From: an uncultured candidate division Zixibacteria bacterium
GTDB taxonomy: Bacteria; Zixibacteria; MSB-5A5; GN15; FEB-12
DNA: 64,000 nt
Reading direction: 5' to 3'
NCBI GenBank assembly: GCA_963664195.1
Contig: OY760907.1
Span: 480,001 to 544,000 of the forward strand
The notes under the pieces were generated by a model, which saw only the letters and a list, made by a program, of their open reading frames with translations, did not search any database and was not told where the DNA came from. Of this stretch, positions 8,568 to 16,881 are shown one piece after another. The position numbers and the translations under genes were made by a program. Each line of letters begins with the position of its first letter. Within the stretch, counting starts at the first letter, position 1.

Positions 8568-11417
8568 ATGCAGGATGCTAATAAGTCAAGAGCACAACTT
8601 GCCCGTGAACTGGAGGAGCTTCGTAACCAGGTCACGCAGCTTAAGCAATCCTGCCAACAGTCAGCCGATGCCGGCAGTGAGAATCTCAGTTCTAACGAGT
8701 TGCAGAGAGCGTTGTTCGAGGGCAGTGCCGACCCGATCGTCATTACCGATCTGAACGACATCGTTCTGCACTCCAATCCAGCGGTGGAAAGAGTATTCGG
8801 CTACGCACAGAGTGACCTTGCCGGCAAACCCTTCCCTATTCCAGAGGGACTGGATAGCGATAAGTTTGAACAATGGGCTGGTCATTGCAGAGCGGGCAGC
8901 GGTGTATCCTGCTACGATACCTATCGACACCACAAAGACGGTACCAAGATCTCGGTGAGTATCACCATCTCTCCAATCAAGAACGCTGCCGGTGATCTGG
9001 TAGCACTCTCGTTTTTCTACCGCAACATAACCGCCAGAGCAGAAGCAATTGCAGAGCTGGAACAATCAAAGAACTTCCTGAATAACGTCATTGATGCCCT
9101 TGACGACCCTGTCTTTGTCAAGGACGAGCAACACCGCTGGGTAGTTCTCAACACCTCCCTTTGCCAACTCATGGGGCACCCGAGGAGAGAACTGATCGGC
9201 AAGAGTGACTACGACGTGTTTCCACGCGAACAGGCCGACGTGTTCTGGGCGAGAGACGAAGTGGTCCTGAGCACGGGCATCATGGATGTCAACGAGGAAG
9301 ACATCACATGGCATGGAGAACTGCATCACATATCAACGAAGAAATCGCTGTTCATCGATTCGGCCACGGGGAACCGGTTCATTGCGGCATCCATAAGAGA
9401 CCTCACAGATCAGAAGCGCGCTCAGCAGGCCCTGAAGGAATCGGAAGAACGGTATCGCACTTTGTTTGAGAGTGCCCCTCTCGGAATCACGCTGTCCACA
9501 CTCGACGGCACTATCCTGGCCGCCAATGACGCGGTGACGCGCATATCCGGATACTCCACCAGAGAATTGATTTCCAGCAGTGTCAGCGAGTTGTATGAAA
9601 ACGCCGAGGGGCGCAGGGCCGTAATGGCACAATTCCGTCGGGACGGCTTCGTCCGAAATCACGAAGTGGCCATGCGACACAAGAACGGAAGCACATACTA
9701 CGTGCGAACAACCGTGACGCCGTGCACCGTCCAGGGTGAGGATGCCATCCTGAGTATGGGCGAAGACATCACCCGGGATAGACAGGCTGAGGAAGCCAAT
9801 CGCTACCGGGTGGCGTTCGAGAGACTCATAGCCCCTATTTCTTCACGATTCATCAATCTTCGATTTGACGAGATCGACAATGAAATCAACAAAGCGCTGG
9901 AAGTTATCGGCAGGTTCGTCGGCGTTGATCGCAGCTATGTATTCCAGTTTCGCGAAGATGGCATGGCGATGGATAACACCCACGAATGGTGTGCCAACGG
10001 TATTGAGCCGCAGATCAAGAATCTTCAGGGGTTGGCGCTGGACTCGCTGCTGGTGATTGGCGACAAGCTCCGCAACGGCGAGAGAGCCTATATACCGCGG
10101 GTTGACGACCTTCCAGAGGATCAGGTTCTTCTCAGAGATCATCTTCAGGAGCAGAGCATCAAGTCACTCCTGGCCGTCCCAATGATATTCGAAGGCAAGG
10201 CAGTTGGCGCCCTCGGTTTTGATATGGTGCGGAAAACGGAACACTGGCCGACAAACATTACTTCGCTGCTGACAATTGTCGGTGAAGTATTCACCAGTGC
10301 GCTCCAGCGCAAACGGACCGAGGAGGCGCTCAGGCGAAGCGAAGAACGATTCCGGACTCTTGCCGCTTCGGCGCCGGTTGCTATCATGCAGTCTGATGCC
10401 GAAGGCAATTGCGTGTACGCCAACCGTCGATGGAGCGAAATGACGGGGATTCCGCAGGACGAAGCTCCCGGTACTCCGTGGTACTCTGTGATTCACGAGG
10501 ATGACCGCGACAAACTCATCGCGTTGATGGAGAACCCTACGGATCCGCATGCTGGATATTCTGCAGAGTGCCGCTATGTCACGCTCGACGGCAAGGTAAC
10601 CTGGGTCTATGGCAATGTCACGCCGATGCACAACGCAGCCGGTGATTTGATCGGCTATCTCGGAACCGCCTCAGACATTACCGAACGCCGACAGGCTGAG
10701 GAAACGCTTCGCGCAAGCGAACGTGCCCATCAACATGAATTGATGCGGGTGGATCGGCTCCGCACCGTCGGTCGACTTGCCGCAGGCGTAGCTCACGAAA
10801 TCAACAACCCGCTTTCAGTGCTGTACGGTACGCTGCAGGAGCTAAGCCTGCATCCTCCGAAGCGAAAGGACTACGACAAGACCAAGTTCGAGCGCCTGCT
10901 ACGTGTAGCGGGCCGAATCAAGAAGACCGTTCATAACCTGCTCGTTTTCTCGCGACAGCAGATTGCAGAGAAGGCTCCCCACGAAATCAACGCGGTTATC
11001 GAAAACACGCTCTCTCTTATCGCATCAATGCTCGCCAAGCACGACATTTCGCTGGAACTCCTGCTGGACAAAACACTGCCGAAAACGACCGTCAACGCCG
11101 AGCAGATGCAGCAGGTGTTTCTCAACCTGATTCTCAACGCCCATGATGCTATGCCGGAGGGGGGCAGTCTGACGATAACCACCTCGCAGGTGAAGAAACG
11201 ACTGCACATAACGTTTGCCGACACGGGCTGCGGAATTGACCAGCCGGATATCGAGAAGATATTCACCCCCTTCTTCACGACCAAGGATGTTGGCAGCGGC
11301 ACGGGACTGGGGCTTTCCATCAGTTACGGTATCATCAGGGATCACGGTGGGGATATCACGGCTGCCAATCGGCCCGGTGGCGGAGCTGAATTCGTCATTT
11401 CTCTACCACTGGGCTAG
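8568..11417 (+). CDS. Cytoplasmic multi-PAS/GAF sensor histidine kinase (NtrB-like)
   Basis: Four PAS/PAC repeats, a GAF domain, H-box VAHEINNPL, N-box NLILNAHDA, G-boxes DTGCGI and GTGLGLSISYGI; no TM segments seen. Confidence 0.93.
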   Translation: MQDANKSRAQLARELEELRNQVTQLKQSCQQSADAGSENLSSNELQRALFEGSADPIVITDLNDIVLHSNPAVERVFGYAQSDLAGKPFPIPEGLDSDKFEQWAGHCRAGSGVSCYDTYRHHKDGTKISVSITISPIKNAAGDLVALSFFYRNITARAEAIAELEQSKNFLNNVIDALDDPVFVKDEQHRWVVLNTSLCQLMGHPRRELIGKSDYDVFPREQADVFWARDEVVLSTGIMDVNEEDITWHGELHHISTKKSLFIDSATGNRFIAASIRDLTDQKRAQQALKESEERYRTLFESAPLGITLSTLDGTILAANDAVTRISGYSTRELISSSVSELYENAEGRRAVMAQFRRDGFVRNHEVAMRHKNGSTYYVRTTVTPCTVQGEDAILSMGEDITRDRQAEEANRYRVAFERLIAPISSRFINLRFDEIDNEINKALEVIGRFVGVDRSYVFQFREDGMAMDNTHEWCANGIEPQIKNLQGLALDSLLVIGDKLRNGERAYIPRVDDLPEDQVLLRDHLQEQSIKSLLAVPMIFEGKAVGALGFDMVRKTEHWPTNITSLLTIVGEVFTSALQRKRTEEALRRSEERFRTLAASAPVAIMQSDAEGNCVYANRRWSEMTGIPQDEAPGTPWYSVIHEDDRDKLIALMENPTDPHAGYSAECRYVTLDGKVTWVYGNVTPMHNAAGDLIGYLGTASDITERRQAEETLRASERAHQHELMRVDRLRTVGRLAAGVAHEINNPLSVLYGTLQELSLHPPKRKDYDKTKFERLLRVAGRIKKTVHNLLVFSRQQIAEKAPHEINAVIENTLSLIASMLAKHDISLELLLDKTLPKTTVNAEQMQQVFLNLILNAHDAMPEGGSLTITTSQVKKRLHITFADTGCGIDQPDIEKIFTPFFTTKDVGSGTGLGLSISYGIIRDHGGDITAANRPGGGAEFVISLPLG

Positions 11418-11741
11418 ATTTCGCCCCTTTTTCCCCAGTTTGGTGGTACAGAATCCGTCATGTTTCCCCGATAGTCAATACAAGAGGCTGAATGGGCAGA
11501 GTACTGCAAGGATGACCCATCCAATACCGTACCAGACTGTTTCGCCGGGACTTGGAGAAATCGCTGTCGCTGTGACGGCAGTTTTGATCGCCGTCGGGCG
11601 AGACGTATCCTCGATCCGGCAGTCTGGTGAAATCGGGTTAACCCATCGGCCAACAAGTAGAACGAACAACGGGACAAGGCGTATTGGGGCGTGCCGCTTT
11701 GGACCTGGGAACAGGCTACAGATAACGAAGATCACTGAACC

Positions 11742-12215
11742 ATGAAAGTAACGGTCATCAAGAACAACATTGCCTCCAACGACAAAGCTGTGTCAGCCAG
11801 CGAGACTGGCAAACTGCAGATAGTCCGCCCCGAGACGCTCGAAGACTCGACTGCAAATCGCACCACCATACTCATTGTGGACGACGACGAAACGATCCTT
11901 CGCTTGCTGACCGGCGTATTGAAACGTGAGGGCTTTGCGCCTGTCACGGCAGAAACCGGACTTGAGGCGGCGAAAGTCCTGTCATCCTCGCAAGTTGACA
12001 TTGTCCTGAGCGATATTGAGATGCCGGGAATGAACGGCCTTGAACTGCTTGAGCACGTGAAAGAAAGTTACCCGACCGTGCCGATGATGCTCATGACCGG
12101 CAATCGGGGTCTGTACTGCGAGTACGAGATTCTGGAGGCGGGAGCCGACGGATTTCTCACGAAACCGTTCCGCCGGGCAGAGTTGATGACTCGCGTCAAG
12201 GCGCTGTGTAGATAG
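11742..12215 (+). CDS. Single-domain response regulator
   Basis: ILIVDDDE...DIEMPGMNGLELL...FLTKPF. Confidence 0.88.
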   Translation: MKVTVIKNNIASNDKAVSASETGKLQIVRPETLEDSTANRTTILIVDDDETILRLLTGVLKREGFAPVTAETGLEAAKVLSSSQVDIVLSDIEMPGMNGLELLEHVKESYPTVPMMLMTGNRGLYCEYEILEAGADGFLTKPFRRAELMTRVKALCR

Positions 12216-12451
12216 CGCGTCGGAATACTCCGAGCAACATTATTTCATTAGAGCTTGCGGGCTGCGGACAATCTGTGACCTATGCCTGGCCGGGCGGGCC
12301 CGAGGCTTGCCTCGGGTTTCTAGAGGTCGCTTGATTGCCACACATCCCTCCCGTATCACCGAGTGAATCTGGTTGAACTATAATCGCCTTCAAAATACAC
12401 AATTGCAGGTGAATGTCAATCGGGAATCGAATCCGCCAGGGATGGAACCCT

Positions 12452-12567
12452 GGTTGTCACAAAAGGGGAGAATGCAGCTGTTCCCCACCCGAGGCACGGG
12501 CGGGCCACCGGAGGTCCACAAAGGGGAGAACGCGACTGTCCCCCACCCGAGGCACGGGTTGGCCACC
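12452..12567. repeat. Two copies of a 58-bp hairpin-rich tandem unit
   Basis: Unit GGAGGTCCACAAAGGGGAGAACGCG.CTGTCCCCCACCCGAGGCACGGGTTGGCCACC at 12452-12509 and 12510-12567. Confidence 0.9.
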
Positions 12568-12612
12568 GAACGGACGGCAAGCTGCAAACTCGCATGTAAT
12601 GGAAGACAAATA

Positions 12613-12633
12613 TGGCGGAGAGGTAGGGATTCG
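12613..12633 (-). other. att-like site: duplicated 3' end of tRNA-Ser including CCA
   Basis: GCGGAGAGGTAGGGATTCG at 12615-12633 is identical to 36572-36590; the minus strand reads ...CCTCTCCGCCA. Confidence 0.9.
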
Positions 12634-12820
12634 CCGCAGGGCAGCGCCGTAACGTACTTGTACACAACGCGTTATAGTGCATCGTCAAGAAGCGCAACGA
12701 TTTAATTCTTTTGTATTCTTTTGCCTGGTGTTGCTTCGATTGGGCTGTTTTGGCGCCCCGTGGTCACAAAATGGTCACAAGAGGTGGCTGATGCTGGTCC
12801 GAGAATGCCCCGAGAGGGCA

Positions 12821-15800
12821 TCACTTCAATAACAGCATCTTCCGGGTCACAGAGTGGTCCCCCGCCTGCAGTCGATAGAAGTAGACTCCAGTAGAGACGG
12901 AGCGGTGTTTCGCGTCGTGACCGTCCCAGATTGCAACGTGCTCGCCGGCAGTCTTCGCGGAGTTGATGAGTTCAGCAACTTCTTGGCCGAGGATATTGTA
13001 AACGGTTAGCCTAACGTGAGAGCGCTTTGGCAAAGCGTATCTTATCGTAGTGCTCGGGTTGAAGGGGTTGGGAAAGTTTTGACACAATTCCATAGACACA
13101 GGCAAGAGAGGTTGCTCCGCCTCCCCGACATCGGATGACACCTGGCCAAACGCGTGAATCCATCCGTCAACCGTTGACACATAGACCTTGTCACCGGCTG
13201 CCGTCACACTGCCAACAACCGGGTAGGACCACACGGCATCGTGGGTGTTCAGATCAACGGCATACGTGGCCTCTTCCGTTCCGACAAACGCATGTCCGTC
13301 GATGGCTATCGGTTGAGATACGATGGGAGTTGGCGCTCGGTAGTCCCAGAGCTCCTCACCCGTGAACGCATCGTAGCAAACCAGTCGTCCCGATTCTCGC
13401 ACCAATAGCAGACCGTCACACACAACGGGAGACTGAGATCTCCCGTACGTCCGGAAGTGTCCACAGTTTCTCCATGCAATCTCCCCGGTCTCCAGATCAA
13501 TCGCCTGAATCTGGAACATCTCTAGGATGTAGAGGAAGTTGAGACAGGAATCGATCACGGGCGCAGTGCCGGCAAAATAGACATGTACTGGTGGCCCCCC
13601 CTCGCAGGGCGGGAGCGTGTCCCTCAGGTCCCAGCCTAATTCATCTTTCGACAGATCACAGGTCCAAAGGAGATTCGTGAAATAGATGTATATCGAATCA
13701 TTGTAGACAGCTGGGGTCCAAGCATCCTGGCGCCCGGCGCCGTGTGCCCACAGTCTTTCACCTGTGTGTATATCGGCAACTGAAAAACCACCGTACATCT
13801 CGCTGGGAAAAACAAGTCGGTCGCCGTAAACGGTTGGTGATTTTAGCCCCTCGATTAGCTGACTCCTGAAGGGGCAAATCCAAGCCGTGTCACCGGTCTC
13901 CACGTCGTAGGCCACAATTCGGCTTGCGGCTCCGTCAATGATCTGCTGATACCATAGCCCGTATGCGGTGCTAGGCTGTGGGGTGGATGACACCCAGCCA
14001 ACAGAATCAGCCCAGAGAGTCTCGCCGGTTTCCGAATCAAGACAACTGAATACATTCGGCAAAGTGCTCGGCCCCTCCCCAGGTGAGGCCATCACATATT
14101 CCTCGGTGGCAGTGATCGGATTGAGATTGCTCGGGAAAACTCGCTGCTGCCATTTGAGTTGAAGGGGCATCGTGATCTTCGTGCCCGGATTGTAGCCCGT
14201 ATGCTTGGAGTCGTACTGGTACTGTGACCAGTTGCTTGAGATCTCGCCTTCTGGCAGTAGCCGAGTTGAGAAGTATTGCTCAGTCCAATCGCCCCAGCCA
14301 TGCTCGTTTGCCAGTCGTACGCGAAGATAGTACACGCTTCGGTCAGCGAGCGGTGCGCCGGCATACTGAACCGTGGTAGCAGCTGATCGAATCGGACTCG
14401 AGTCCCACATCTCAGCGTAGGTCCAATCCTGATCGGTGCCTATCTCCACTTCAAAATACTCCTGGCCAGTACAGGCTGTATCCCAATAGTCCCATTCCAG
14501 GTTCGGCGTCAGGGTGCGGACAATGTATGCGGGCAAGTCGCCAGACAGTCTCGGTCGCCCAGCGAGCGGCCAGACAACTTCAGTGCATCCGGTGCCCAGA
14601 GCACCGATCATACCGCAACTGTTGTGATCGGGAAGGCAAGGCGAGTCGAAGTTCAGGTGAGTATCGCCATTATCCAGATCACAGAATCTCGGATCGACCG
14701 AAACGTTGCCGTTTTGTCCGAGGAGTCCGGCGAATTCGCCGATGAAGTTGCCTCTGGGGTTTCCGAAGATGTTGCAGCAAGTCACAGAAGGTACACAGCC
14801 CCCCAAGGCCTGTACCCCTAGATTGTAGGTAACATTGCAGCGTGTCAGTTCGGCGTCCGATTCCTCATCGAGAATGTACACTCCACCGGCACCGCTATCG
14901 GCGTCGTTGGCAACGATGTCGCAGTTAATGAACTCTGGTCCGGCGTCACCTTCGCAGCTGACTCCGCCACCGTAAACCGCCTGATTGTCGAAAATGACGC
15001 AACGACTTAGAACGGAATTCGACTCCCGAGCGTAGACTGAGCCTCCAAAGTAGGCGTAGTTCTCCTCAAAAGAACAGTCTTCTATTGCGGGTGAGCTGCC
15101 GTCCAGATAGACTGCGCCGCCGCCCTCGTTGACTGCTCCGTGATACCCCCCTCTGAGCGTCAAGCCGACAATCTCAGTGGACGGCCCCTCTCCGTACCGG
15201 AAGTGGAAAGCGCGATGCGGTTCGTTCTCGCTTCCGCCTGCGTCGATGATACATGATCTCGAGCCTTCGGCCGACTGAATCGTCAGTATCTTCCCCCAGA
15301 GATTGAGGTCTCGATTGCCATCGCCAGTGTAGGTTCCAGACGCAAGCAGAATCGTGTCCCCATGGTGGGCGGCGTTGACGGCGTCCTGGATCGTTGTCGC
15401 ATCTCCCGAGCCGTCCGCTCTGACGTGCCATACACGCCCTCCCGGTGCACATGTTCCGCTGTCACGGCCTATCAGCTGGCCGTATTCGCTATTGGCCGGC
15501 AGGCAGGGGGATAGACTATCAAGATCATAACGGCCAAGCGCCCAGTCACATAAGCGAGGATTGACCGATATGTTCCCGTCTTGCCCGAGGAATACCCCAG
15601 ACTCGCCAATGTAGTTGCCCTCCGGATTGCCGTGTATGTTGCTGCATACTATCGACGGTAGATTGGCGGTGATACCGGGAGCACCGAGATTGAAAGCTAT
15701 TAGGCAGCGAGTCAGCTTTGTGTCGTAACTCCAATACCGGACATGCACGGCGCCTGCGCCGCTGTCGGCCCTGTTCGCGATCATAGTGCAGTTGACGAAT

Positions 15801-16351
15801 TCCGGCCCACCAGTGCTTTCGATTGAAACGCCCCCGCCATTCACAGCCTGATTGTCACGTATCAGACAGCGAATGAAGACGGAGTTCGACCTCCGCGCTC
15901 GAATCGCGCCGCCCCAGTAACCGTAGTTGTTCTCGAAAACACAGTTTTCGAACGATGGGGAGCTGGTATCAAGATAGGCGCCGCCACCTCCCTCATAGTC
16001 TCTTCCGCGATAGCCGCCACGAATAGTCAGACCAACTATCTTGGTGTCCGGACCTTCTCCGTTGTGAATGTGGAATACGTGATGCCTGTCCTCCTCTGTA
16101 GCCTGGGCATCTATGATGCACGATTCGGGACCGTTCTCGGACATCAGGACGACGGCCTTGCCGTGGAAATCGATATCTCGATTCTCGTTGCCGGCACCCC
16201 TATAGATCCCGTCGGCAACGAGCACCGTGTCACCGGCTGAAGCAGAGTCGATTCCGGCCTGAATCGTCGGTTGGTCGGCAGGCACCTGCACAGTGTTGGC
16301 ACCAAGCGATGACACTGCAAACACCAGATACGCGAGTACGTATCTTACCAA
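12821..16351 (-). CDS. Large secreted protein: two parallel beta-helix modules, FN3-like domain, PQQ-like beta-propeller, FlgD-Ig/T9SS-type C-terminal domain
   Basis: Signal peptide; TIQAGID..GDTVLVADG.Y module occurs twice; WSQYQYDSKHTG plus D..TGE..W propeller blades; C-terminal LCQNFPNPFNPSTTIRYALP...GVYFYRL...RKMLLLK. Confidence 0.88.
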   Translation of the reverse strand: MVRYVLAYLVFAVSSLGANTVQVPADQPTIQAGIDSASAGDTVLVADGIYRGAGNENRDIDFHGKAVVLMSENGPESCIIDAQATEEDRHHVFHIHNGEGPDTKIVGLTIRGGYRGRDYEGGGGAYLDTSSPSFENCVFENNYGYWGGAIRARRSNSVFIRCLIRDNQAVNGGGVSIESTGGPEFVNCTMIANRADSGAGAVHVRYWSYDTKLTRCLIAFNLGAPGITANLPSIVCSNIHGNPEGNYIGESGVFLGQDGNISVNPRLCDWALGRYDLDSLSPCLPANSEYGQLIGRDSGTCAPGGRVWHVRADGSGDATTIQDAVNAAHHGDTILLASGTYTGDGNRDLNLWGKILTIQSAEGSRSCIIDAGGSENEPHRAFHFRYGEGPSTEIVGLTLRGGYHGAVNEGGGAVYLDGSSPAIEDCSFEENYAYFGGSVYARESNSVLSRCVIFDNQAVYGGGVSCEGDAGPEFINCDIVANDADSGAGGVYILDEESDAELTRCNVTYNLGVQALGGCVPSVTCCNIFGNPRGNFIGEFAGLLGQNGNVSVDPRFCDLDNGDTHLNFDSPCLPDHNSCGMIGALGTGCTEVVWPLAGRPRLSGDLPAYIVRTLTPNLEWDYWDTACTGQEYFEVEIGTDQDWTYAEMWDSSPIRSAATTVQYAGAPLADRSVYYLRVRLANEHGWGDWTEQYFSTRLLPEGEISSNWSQYQYDSKHTGYNPGTKITMPLQLKWQQRVFPSNLNPITATEEYVMASPGEGPSTLPNVFSCLDSETGETLWADSVGWVSSTPQPSTAYGLWYQQIIDGAASRIVAYDVETGDTAWICPFRSQLIEGLKSPTVYGDRLVFPSEMYGGFSVADIHTGERLWAHGAGRQDAWTPAVYNDSIYIYFTNLLWTCDLSKDELGWDLRDTLPPCEGGPPVHVYFAGTAPVIDSCLNFLYILEMFQIQAIDLETGEIAWRNCGHFRTYGRSQSPVVCDGLLLVRESGRLVCYDAFTGEELWDYRAPTPIVSQPIAIDGHAFVGTEEATYAVDLNTHDAVWSYPVVGSVTAAGDKVYVSTVDGWIHAFGQVSSDVGEAEQPLLPVSMELCQNFPNPFNPSTTIRYALPKRSHVRLTVYNILGQEVAELINSAKTAGEHVAIWDGHDAKHRSVSTGVYFYRLQAGDHSVTRKMLLLK

Positions 16352-16437
16352 AGCACTATCCTTCCACCGAAGCCACCAGCCTGCCGTGACTTGAGAACTG
16401 AACTCAGTGTGTGCCGCATATCCACACCGGCTCTCGG

Positions 16438-16881
16438 CTATGGCTCTTCATCGAGTTGCACAACGATCGAGTCCACGGCCGGTCCTTGGCGCCAGAGGGT
16501 CTCCGGGTCGTATCTCATTAGATATGCAACGAGTTTCACACGAGAAGAATCAAGGAACTCAATCGTAGCCAAATCTCCTTTCCGCGTCACCCACAGCGTT
16601 GTAGTATCCTTGGTTGAAGTGCTCTGACCTATTCGGCAGAATCGAAGCGTGTTCGATTCTTCTGTTCTGCTATGATACGAGTAGGCTTCAATCTCATATC
16701 GATCATTGCTGGCACGAGCCACAACCTCTGGCCGTGTTGGTGGCGCTATCCACATCCAACTCAGAAAGAGAACCACCGGCAAGGCCACGATCACACCGAC
16801 GACTGCCAAGAGGAGTATCTTGGCGATACGACGCAGACCGAAGCGTCTGTGTTTCGACTGCCCTGTAGTAGTGTCGTTCAT
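16438..16881 (-). CDS. Putative immunity protein (one N-terminal TM helix plus soluble domain)
   Basis: ATG at 16881 overlaps the RHS stop (ATGA); basic N-terminus then hydrophobic helix; 147 aa. Confidence 0.6.
   Translation of the reverse strand: MNDTTTGQSKHRRFGLRRIAKILLLAVVGVIVALPVVLFLSWMWIAPPTRPEVVARASNDRYEIEAYSYHSRTEESNTLRFCRIGQSTSTKDTTTLWVTRKGDLATIEFLDSSRVKLVAYLMRYDPETLWRQGPAVDSIVVQLDEEP

Larger units (their letters stand above)
12313..12633. repeat. Left copy of long direct repeat (matches 36154-36590), ending in the displaced tRNA-Ser 3' end
   Basis: Colinear with 36154-36590 with scattered substitutions; length differs by 116 bp, exactly two 58-bp units. Confidence 0.95.

Noticed and set aside
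11475..11735. 86-aa minus-strand ORF between the kinase and the receiver gene
   Set aside because: No RBS or recognisable motif; probably intergenic.
12613..12633. Second tRNA gene
   Set aside because: Only the 3' acceptor strand and part of the T arm are present.
12373..12705. ORFs over the left repeat, and the equivalent ORFs at 36204-36695
   Set aside because: All frames are open because of the repeat; they overlap the tRNA/att sequence and show no protein-like features.
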